Shown here: positions 55,605 through 64,000 of the stretch, in pieces
How the letters are laid out: every line of letters starts with the position of its first letter
Numbering within the stretch: position 1 is the first letter of the stretch
Source of the DNA: Strigamia acuminata
Taxonomy: Eukaryota
DNA: 64,000 nt
Direction of reading: 5' to 3'
Assembly: GCA_949358305.1 (NCBI GenBank)
Contig: OX442314.1
Location: 7,564,001-7,628,000, forward strand
Translations under genes and position numbers: made by a program
The notes under the pieces: model-generated
Database searches by the model: none
What the model was told of the DNA's origin: nothing
Seen by the model: the letters and a program-made list of their open reading frames with translations, nothing else

Positions 55605-58600
55605 AGAAGTGGCTAATGCTGCGTCGGAATCTTTATTTATGGATATAGACACAACTTGTCTTGAAGTAGCCACTAGTCATAGTGGCGGAGTAGAGGAAAA
55701 TCTGCAAGAAATGACAGAACAATTAAAAAATCTGACATTATTTCCTCACAAGTGCTACACGAAGAAATTCTGTAGACTTCGCCAACTCAACAGAGTCATA
55801 GGTGGCAATAATTTGCACAATATTACTTTAGGTAATAATAAAGATGATCCTCGAATGAAGATCACAATTGGTGGGCTCACCTACAACGCGCTCATGGATA
55901 CAGGAGCATCTCAGTGTTACATTGGGGAACAGCTTTTGTCTGAAACTCAGGCTCTGCCAGAATTCTTACAGGAAGCTCCCAGAAACATGTTGGTTAACGC
56001 TGTAGGCGTAGCACACAAGCCGGTCGGACAAATAACTTTGTGCGTGCAATGGGCTGATGAATTTACACCAATGAATTTCATCGTTTTAGCAAAACGAGTG
56101 TGTGGCTTGATACTTGGTCACAATTTCATGCGCAGACAGAAAATTAGTCCGCATCCACATCTACAAGAGTTCTCTTGTGCAGATAAACCTAATTGGTCCG
56201 CCCCTTATGAGTCGGAAGAAGCCAATTTGGCCCTTGCCCCGTTGAATCGAATTACTTTCGAATATTTAGAAAGTCTAACGACTGCAGTCGACTCAATTGA
56301 GCTGACAGACACTCCCGTGTTACCATGGGATGAGAAATTAGTTGAGGAGAGCGACTGCACTCCAGAACAACGATTAGCACTTCGTGAAGTGATCAACGCG
56401 ATACCAAATGTATTTCGTGATCAAGTTGGGTGCACTAACGTGACTCAGCATCGAATCAAGTTCAAAGAAGGGCATTCATTACCCAAAATGCAGTATAGAA
56501 TGTATAACCCGGCCAAAAGAGCCATTATGACCAAACTTGCTGCAGAACTTGAACAGGATGGACTTATTGAAAAGGCCAAAGGGCCATTTATAAGTCATCC
56601 AGTCATTGTTGCGAAGCCTGACGGCTCGTATAGGATGTGTATCGACTACCGGTGGCTGAATGCCATCACCGAAGTCGAAGTAATACAAATGCCAAGCATT
56701 GACCTTTTATTGCATAATACTGGCCCTGCTAGGTATTTTACGTCAATTGACCTTGTCAAAGGTTACTACCAAGTCGAGATGTGTAAAGAAGATCGTCCAA
56801 AGACGGCATTTTACACGCCAAATGGTCCATACCAGTTTGTGCGAATGCCGTTTGGCCTTTGCAATGCGCCTTGTACTTTCCAGCGTCTGATGGAAGGCAT
56901 TTTAGGCTCAGCTTTGCAAGACTACGCGTTAGTTTATTTGGATGACGTAATTGTGTATTCAGATAATTGGGATGATCATCTCAAACACGTTCGAGATGTT
57001 CTAGAAAGGCTTAACCAAGCCAACATGACAATAAATAAAGCAAAATCTCGTTTTGGGCGTACAGAATTAAAATTCTTGGGCCACTGGATTAAACCCGAAG
57101 GTTTCTTCGGTGATCCCGATAAAATATCGGCGATTATGAAATTTCCCACCCCCACGTGTGCTAAAGACATTCAGCGCTTTCACGGCATGACTAACTTCTT
57201 CAGGAAGTTTGTTCCAAATCACGGAACTATTGCCGCACCATACACACGTATGATGAATGAGAAAACTCCATTTGAATGGGGAGATGAGCAGACAGAAGCT
57301 TTTAATAAAATTAAAGAGCTACTTTGCGGCGACAATTGTCTACACAAACCGGACATGACTCTGCCATTTGTCGTCATGACTGACGCCTCTCATGAAGGCT
57401 TAGGAGCTGTCCTTTGTCAGGACGTCGATCTATTCGACGAAAAGAAGCAAAAAAACATCTCTGTACCCAGACCTGTAGCTTATGCAAGCAGAGTTTTACG
57501 TGGAGCGGAGAAGCGTTATACAACGCCGGAACTCGAATGTCTCGCAGTCGTGTGGGCTATTGATCGATTTAAACCATATCTCGAATATGGTACGTTCACT
57601 TTAGAATCAGATGCTGAAGCACTGAAATGGTTGATGCGAACGCCTGAACCATCTGGGAAATTTGGCCGATGGGCCTTAAGAATCCAATGTGGAAATTTTA
57701 AAATTGTTTTTCGAAAAGGTGCTGCTAATCAAGTTGCAGATGCACTTTCTAGAGCCCCACTAACAGAGGAAGACATTCCTCTTCGAGATCATGTGGAACC
57801 TGTCGAAATTAAACAATACTGGCCTGAATGGGACGGAAATCCTTCTGTTTCATTAAATCGTGCCCCAGAAAAACGAGAATTTTTGGCTAGTATGCGTTCT
57901 TATTTTTCAGAAAATTCTAAAGAATGTTCTGAAGAAAGGGAGGGGGAGGAAGTACAAGAAACCTTGTACAGTGCGTTGACAGAAGTACTTAAGGAAGTCC
58001 CTCCTACAAGGAGAGAAATAATAGATGCTCAGTTGCTAGATACTGAATGCAAACGCATTCGGGAATATTTATTGAATGACAAGGTTGTTGGGATACCACA
58101 ATCTGAAATAAAAGAATGGAAAAACAAAGTCAAAAACTATTGTTTAGACAGAAAAGAAAAAGATGGTGATCAAATGATCATCTATTTTAACCCTTCGTTC
58201 GAAGAGGAATTAAACGATTCGGGAAACGGCTTTAAAGCCGTTGTACCCAGTGCACTCGTAAAACGAGTACTCTTCGCTTGTTATGGCCACCCCCTAAGCG
58301 GTCACGCTGGGATGAGTAAGACGCTTGAGAAAACTCGTTTAATATATTTCTGGCCTGGTATGAGTAGAAGTGTTAGGAACTACGTTAAAAGCTGCACGCA
58401 CTGTGCCCAGTACAAGCCTATTCAACAGAAAAGGCACGCAGCTCCTTACACACCCCACAACATGACCAATCCTTGGGAATGTATCAACATGGACTTGATG
58501 GGCCCAAAACCTGCGGGAAGGTCCCAAAACCAGTATATCTTTGTCATTATTGACAATTGTACCAAGTTCGTTGAAATTAAGGCTTTGACCAAAGCCACGA

Positions 58601-59604
58601 GCGCTAACTGCGTTCAAGAATTAAGATCTGTTACAAACAGATGGGGACACCCCAAAAAGATTGTGAGCGATAACGGAAAACAATTTGTTTCTGATATTTA
58701 CAATCAATATTGCGAAATGTACAACATTCGCCCGGCTCATACGAGCACGTACCATGCCCAGGCGAACCCGACAGAGCGAGCCAATAGGGACATCAAAACC
58801 ATGCTGGCTTTGTACACAGATGTGCACACGCAATGGCCACGTTATTTAGACGAATTCGCGTTCGCGATGCGAAATAATGTCTCAGCGGCAACGGGCTCAA
58901 GCCCAATGTTACTTAACACGGGGAGAATCGTAACATTACCCTTCGACCCAAGGATTATCAAACATGCTAATCCATTTGACAAGAACAATCCAGAGAAATA
59001 TGTCAGAGTACTATTGGATGTATTGCGCAGATCGCATCAAGAGATGCATCGCAGAATTCAATTGAATTTTGAGCGGCATAGAAAATTACACGAACAAAAG
59101 TTCGTAATTACGGAGTTTGAAGTTGGAGATTTAGTTTGGAAACAAACTCACATTCTCTCGTGCGCAGATAAAAATATTTCTGCTGGTTTCGCAGAGAAGA
59201 GAGATGGTCCGTGGGAGATTACTAGAGTACTTCCAGGCGGAGCGTATAAATTACGCAAATTAGCTGATGGTTCAATTGAAAAATCAGTGAACATTAAAGC
59301 GTTGTACCCCTATACGCCCTCATACCCGATTGAGACTTGGAAAGTAGGACAAAAGTCCGCCTCTTACTCGCCTCAAGAAAATCCTAAATGGATGGACGAA
59401 AGTAATCAACTTCCGGACGCTGAAGAAATGGAATTAATTCCTGAAACTTCCTCAGAAATTCCAATGGAATTATCCGACTCAACTTCGGTGCAAATTGACA
59501 AATCTGCGCCCATTAGGTCTAAACATAGACATAGACAACGATTAACTGCTATGGAAAGGAAAGCGGCGTTAAAAAGAGGCGAAGTTCCAAAGAAACCGCC
59601 TTGA
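55564..59604 (+). CDS. pol: Element F Pol (PR, RT, RH, IN)
   Basis: LMDTGA, YLDD, TDAS, GHAG...CTHC, DLMGP/SDNG/ERANR, DGPWEI. Confidence 0.96.
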   Translation, partial: KKLDPGDEGLFHPPEVANAASESLFMDIDTTCLEVATSHSGGVEENLQEMTEQLKNLTLFPHKCYTKKFCRLRQLNRVIGGNNLHNITLGNNKDDPRMKITIGGLTYNALMDTGASQCYIGEQLLSETQALPEFLQEAPRNMLVNAVGVAHKPVGQITLCVQWADEFTPMNFIVLAKRVCGLILGHNFMRRQKISPHPHLQEFSCADKPNWSAPYESEEANLALAPLNRITFEYLESLTTAVDSIELTDTPVLPWDEKLVEESDCTPEQRLALREVINAIPNVFRDQVGCTNVTQHRIKFKEGHSLPKMQYRMYNPAKRAIMTKLAAELEQDGLIEKAKGPFISHPVIVAKPDGSYRMCIDYRWLNAITEVEVIQMPSIDLLLHNTGPARYFTSIDLVKGYYQVEMCKEDRPKTAFYTPNGPYQFVRMPFGLCNAPCTFQRLMEGILGSALQDYALVYLDDVIVYSDNWDDHLKHVRDVLERLNQANMTINKAKSRFGRTELKFLGHWIKPEGFFGDPDKISAIMKFPTPTCAKDIQRFHGMTNFFRKFVPNHGTIAAPYTRMMNEKTPFEWGDEQTEAFNKIKELLCGDNCLHKPDMTLPFVVMTDASHEGLGAVLCQDVDLFDEKKQKNISVPRPVAYASRVLRGAEKRYTTPELECLAVVWAIDRFKPYLEYGTFTLESDAEALKWLMRTPEPSGKFGRWALRIQCGNFKIVFRKGAANQVADALSRAPLTEEDIPLRDHVEPVEIKQYWPEWDGNPSVSLNRAPEKREFLASMRSYFSENSKECSEEREGEEVQETLYSALTEVLKEVPPTRREIIDAQLLDTECKRIREYLLNDKVVGIPQSEIKEWKNKVKNYCLDRKEKDGDQMIIYFNPSFEEELNDSGNGFKAVVPSALVKRVLFACYGHPLSGHAGMSKTLEKTRLIYFWPGMSRSVRNYVKSCTHCAQYKPIQQKRHAAPYTPHNMTNPWECINMDLMGPKPAGRSQNQYIFVIIDNCTKFVEIKALTKATSANCVQELRSVTNRWGHPKKIVSDNGKQFVSDIYNQYCEMYNIRPAHTSTYHAQANPTERANRDIKTMLALYTDVHTQWPRYLDEFAFAMRNNVSAATGSSPMLLNTGRIVTLPFDPRIIKHANPFDKNNPEKYVRVLLDVLRRSHQEMHRRIQLNFERHRKLHEQKFVITEFEVGDLVWKQTHILSCADKNISAGFAEKRDGPWEITRVLPGGAYKLRKLADGSIEKSVNIKALYPYTPSYPIETWKVGQKSASYSPQENPKWMDESNQLPDAEEMELIPETSSEIPMELSDSTSVQIDKSAPIRSKHRHRQRLTAMERKAALKRGEVPKKPP

Positions 59605-60824
59605 AAACCCCGCAAACCCCAACCGGTAGTTCCGCGAACTAGCCTTCGACCTCGACGAGAGCGAAGGCCGAACCCCAAATATTCGGATGAAAATTTCGTG
59701 CGAAATATTTCCGCAGTATTTAAGAAACCGTACCAACAACACGGCAAAGCCTCAAAGTTTTGTTGGAATTGATAAGTTTTATTTAAAACTTGGAGACAGT
59801 AATTATTTTACATGTCTAACAGATGTAGTGATTGAAAATCTCAACACCGGGGGACACTTTGATATGAAGAGTATCGAAATTTATATTAAAATATGAATTT
59901 GTTGCGATAAGCTAAAATATTCGATAGAGTATTTTATTATTTGGTCATATTTGTATGTATTTTAACTAAAATACAGAGAATTACTTTGAAAAGTGATAAT
60001 CTCGCCTCTTTACGAGGATACGAGATTTACGAGGTGTGATTAAACCTCGAACCCGACAATTAATAGAGAATAAAATTCCCAGGGTTCTTTGCACACAAAC
60101 ACTTCGTAACACACGTGGATATAAGTGACTTCGTCCCTTCGTCCCCTCTTCACTTTTTCAAACCGAGATTTCAACGCTAATTCAGTTAGCCGACTCAAGC
60201 AGGAAAACTAGCTTCAACCGTAAGTAGTTTTCAATAATATTCTTTGACCAAAGAATTTAAAAGAATTGTTCGCAACAATTGATAAAATATCGGCGTCCCG
60301 ATAAAAGTTAAAAATTCACGTGTATTATAAGCGTGAATCGGCATTAAATCACTCTGGAAGTTTAGCTATTCAGTCGAATAGTTGGGTTAAATATTAATAA
60401 TGAATTATTAAGATTTAAGTACGTAGGCACTAATTATTTAAATCAAGTCGCGGTCGAGGCTTGTATAAATTATTTGGCGATGAATTTTCGATGTGAGATA
60501 TTTATTAGACTAAGTGTTAATTAATTAATACGAAAGTTATTTTTGGATACTCGGAAGTTAGATTAAATAGTTTACAAAACTAAGGGGATTTTTTCTTTAA
60601 AAAATCAACAAGTTGCGATTTTCGATGAAAATACTGTCAGGCGAGTCCATTCTCGTGTCATAAACACAAGGGGAATGTGACTCATTAGTGTCACGTGTTG
60701 AGGGTTATAAATAACTCGAGTTGTGTATTTTTTGTTGCGAACAATACGTTTTAATTCTTTGGACCCAAGGAATGATTATTTAGAGTGGAATTATTTTAAT
60801 AAAATAATTTATTTGCGTCTGCAG

Positions 60825-62342
60825 ATGGGAGGTGGTAAACACCGTTCGAAACGGAGTCATCGACGTCACCGTCATGAAAGTTCCAGCTCGTCCACCTCGT
60901 CTAGTGACGAGCAACGCCGTTCGGCAGAACGTGCATACATGAGGGCCCAACCGATACCAACGGCGCCCGCCTCGATGTACGCCCTGACTCCGCTGCAACT
61001 CGCAACGCTAAATTGGCTCAGTGTCCATCCGGACGGACTTCCGCTCGATTTGAATTTGATGATGCAGGCACCGTCCACATCTGCGCAGCCGACCGTTTAT
61101 GAGTCGGCGCAATTGGCCCCGTTGGCCCAGGTGGCATATCCGCCCGCGAACACTATCAACGTCCCGTTGGCCCCGCATTCGACAGAATCTCGGCCACCAA
61201 CTGCGAGTGTGGCGCCTACCATCGCCAACACGTCGAATGCGACTGCACCGACTGTAGCAGGGCAATCAACGTCTGATGTACGTCTTCCTGCTGGTGCTGA
61301 GTCTTCGGCATCCGAGTACGGCTGGAATGAACCGCCACCGGGCGCTCTACGTTTTTCGGAGCCTGTTTCTCGCAACCGCGAGTACCGAGCGGCCAATAAG
61401 GCAAGAAAGAAGGACGAAAAGGCCCGTCTACGCAAGGAACAGTGCGAACGCGATATGGCAGCCGGAATACCTCACGATAACATCGTGACCGACCAAGCCA
61501 CGGAGACAATCTGCCCATTTTGCGTCGGCTGTGGGTGGTGCTGCGGTGCATCCGCGGGTTCCTCATTGATGCGTTGTCCAAATTGCCGTGGAAGGAAAAC
61601 GCGACCGCGTTTGGAGCCGTGGAGAAAGGAGGTTCAGCCCCACGTAGTGAAAGGCATTAAGCCTAATGAGAAGCGATGTTGGGCTCACTGCCCAAAGTGC
61701 CGACTTTTCCTGAATAGTCGTGGCGAAGCGGTTTACATCGACCCGCGCTTCCTCACCTGGACCCGTGCTGAAGCCAACGCCGGGGTAAGAGTCGAACTCC
61801 TTCGACAGTCGCCGCCGCCGTCCGAGAGCTCCGAAGTTTCAACTGAAACTGTCCAGGCCGTCGAAAGCATCGGAAGCGAGGTGCCAGAGGAATTCGTTCG
61901 ACCAAGAGCGATGTCACAAGGACGAGGCTGTCTTACGCTCGACCGAGCGAAGGAAATTGCCAAGGTTCAACGAACCAACATCTTGGCACGAGGGCGAGCC
62001 CGTAAGCTTCGACAGGCTGTAGAAGCATCGTCTAAACCCGTGGAGAATCCTCCAGCGGCCGTAACCGACGTGTCCAGCGCCCCTCCAGCGTCTAAGTCCA
62101 AGACTTCGGACGACGCTCAGTTTGAGGACGCCGAAAAGCTGCTTTCCGTCGTTGATTTCGTGGCTGAGCTTCTCGACGACATGCCGTTTCCGCCTCCGAG
62201 TCCGGAAGAGATTGAAGCGCCGGAGGAAGTTGTGTTTTCCGCCGTCTCGACAGAGGCGACTGAAGAATCTGATTTTCTGACTTCTGCTGAAGTCGAGAAG
62301 AAGGAAGAGAAAGATTCGACTGATGTCGAAAAGAAGGAATAG
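60825..62342 (+). CDS. Element F ORF3, 505 aa, zinc-finger-like accessory protein, not env-like
   Basis: ATG directly after acceptor-like TTTATTTGCGTCTGCAG. CPFCVGCGW...CPNCRG...HCPKC, basic/Ser N-terminus, acidic C-terminus, no evident signal peptide or TM helix. Confidence 0.88.
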   Translation: MGGGKHRSKRSHRRHRHESSSSSTSSSDEQRRSAERAYMRAQPIPTAPASMYALTPLQLATLNWLSVHPDGLPLDLNLMMQAPSTSAQPTVYESAQLAPLAQVAYPPANTINVPLAPHSTESRPPTASVAPTIANTSNATAPTVAGQSTSDVRLPAGAESSASEYGWNEPPPGALRFSEPVSRNREYRAANKARKKDEKARLRKEQCERDMAAGIPHDNIVTDQATETICPFCVGCGWCCGASAGSSLMRCPNCRGRKTRPRLEPWRKEVQPHVVKGIKPNEKRCWAHCPKCRLFLNSRGEAVYIDPRFLTWTRAEANAGVRVELLRQSPPPSESSEVSTETVQAVESIGSEVPEEFVRPRAMSQGRGCLTLDRAKEIAKVQRTNILARGRARKLRQAVEASSKPVENPPAAVTDVSSAPPASKSKTSDDAQFEDAEKLLSVVDFVAELLDDMPFPPPSPEEIEAPEEVVFSAVSTEATEESDFLTSAEVEKKEEKDSTDVEKKE

Positions 62343-63078
62343 AAAGGGACAAAAACATTAACATTCGTTATTTTTTCCGAGTGGAGATTTTTATGACTAA
62401 AAATGCTCCAAGTGTTTGTTGTGTTTTTTCGCCATTACGAAATATTCCCACGAGTATTGTGTTTGTTTGTTTCAAGATTTTGAACTAATCATTAAATACT
62501 CGAACGAGTATAGTTTAATTTTAAAATTGGATTCAATTTAATTCGTTTTGTGTTTTCCGAATTCAATTTGGGTGTTTATTTCAGCTAATCATATTAATAT
62601 ATGTTTGTTTGATTTATTTGCGAATTTCATAATTATTTGTGGAAATTGTGTTTGTTTTGCTTTGTTCAAAGTGTTGAAGAATTTCAAGTTGAAATTCAAT
62701 AATTTTTATGACAATCGTAATAAAAATTAGTAGTTTAGATTTTCGATAAATAAAATTTTGCATAAGTTTATTTTTATTGATTATCTTGTTGATTAATAAG
62801 CTAGGAAAGAAGTTTATTTGATGGAGAAAATAAAATTTCTATCGAAATTAGTTTTCTCGAACATGTATCCATGTTCGGACGAGTTCATTTCCGTCGCTTA
62901 GCAACCGGGAGTTGCGCAGTACAGGGAAGCCGATTAGTCTAATCGGGTGACGAAGTTTCTGAAAGAAATAACGTGATTAAGTTTAATAAAATACTTACCC
63001 AGTGGATTAATTCGATAGAATTAGGTGAAGAATGACAATTAAAGAGTTAGTAAACTCTATGCTTGTCACCGGGGGATG

Positions 63079-64000
63079 TGTGATGATTACAAATCCGTAT
63101 TTATCAATGTTCACAATAGATGGCGCTGTTTACCAAACGCGCGTAATTCAAACTCGATAAAACTAAAAAGTGTGATAAATAATTATTTAGACACGGTGAA
63201 TAAAATATAACTATTTTATTCGACATAAACTAAGTATTAATTACTTGATGATGTTGATTCTGTTGAATCAATATCCACGCTACTTACCTGTCGAAGGGAA
63301 CCAACTGGACCCTTCCGGACCCCAACTGGGCCCATCTGGACATAGTCATATATTAGGTCCGGACTAGTGACCCACGAATCCGCCGATTCGTATGCTGATT
63401 GGCTGTCGCCAATCTAGTAGTTCTACAGAACTATATAAGCATCAGTTTTCACCCAGTAATCCCCCTGGTTTGATAACTGTAAATGTCTGTAATTGAATTG
63501 TTGTTATCGTTTGATTTCACTTTCTTATCGACACATCAGGCCACCTCAGCTCTCCACAATCAGTATTCATTACTATTGTTATTGTTGTTGTAGGGCCTTT
63601 TCGGGAAGGCTAACTCCGGTAATAGACAGGTTTCACACATGAAATGGCCCCGTAACGTTAGCCAGCTGTTCTACGGGACAGTAGGATTTCGTACGGTGGC
63701 TTAATATAACGGTCGTATACAGTACGACCTTGCTAAATGAAAGTAGGTCCCTCAGCTAACTGGCCTCAGTCCGCTGTAGGATGGCTGTTGTAAACAGCCC
63801 TCGCAGGTTCCCGTCTTTCTACGATTGGTCCTTCCGCTCGTTAAAAGTCGGTAAAGGCCTAATGCACAGGTGACACGCCGGGTTGGTAGCCCGTGAGTAA
63901 TATCTTCAAGATGTTGCGATAAACAACTACCTGGATAATGGTAATCCAACGGCAGTGGCCAAGTAATATTTTACCCGGTGCTCGATCAGTGGATCCCGTC
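63079..64000 (+). repeat. Element F 3' LTR (partial)
   Basis: Matches 50499 onward, with about 7 differences including a 5-bp indel. Confidence 0.95.

Larger units (their letters stand above)
50499..64000 (+). mobile_element. Element F: Osvaldo-like Gypsy element (gag, pol, ORF3); 3' LTR truncated by window end
   Basis: 5' LTR 50499-52232, tRNA-Gln PBS, PPT GGGGGA at 63071, 3' LTR from 63079. Confidence 0.95.

Noticed and set aside
60723..60824. N-terminal extension of F ORF3 given in the ORF track
   Set aside because: It starts at a non-ATG codon in AT-rich, intron-like sequence ending in a splice acceptor; the ATG at 60825 is preferred.

Overview
This is eukaryotic, probably arthropod, DNA consisting almost entirely of nested transposable elements. 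In order: (A) an Osvaldo-like Ty3/Gypsy LTR element on the minus strand (1-11903, 3' part outside the window); (D) a decayed Mag-like Gypsy fragment (-, 12112-15280); (B) a CpG-rich Gypsy element (+, 15281-48842) whose gag-pol is split by four TSD-bounded insertions; (F) another Osvaldo-like element (+, 50499 to beyond 64000) abutting a DEG/ENaC channel gene fragment. The four insertions in B are Copia-1 (-, 16937-24488, itself carrying a piggyBac-like MITE), an intact young Osvaldo-like Gypsy C (-, 24640-38156), Copia-2 (-, 39320-46174) and a Mutator-like MITE (47366-48107). The main observations: all three Osvaldo-like elements carry a non-env third ORF behind a splice-acceptor-like site, and in A and F it shares a conserved CxxCxGxG zinc-finger-like domain (A's copy is missing from the ORF track). 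Their long LTRs contain extensive predicted RNA structure, including a duplicated, covarying three-way junction. Both Copia polyproteins carry an MBD-like domain after the integrase. All calls are from reading the sequence by eye; no searches or folding programs were run.
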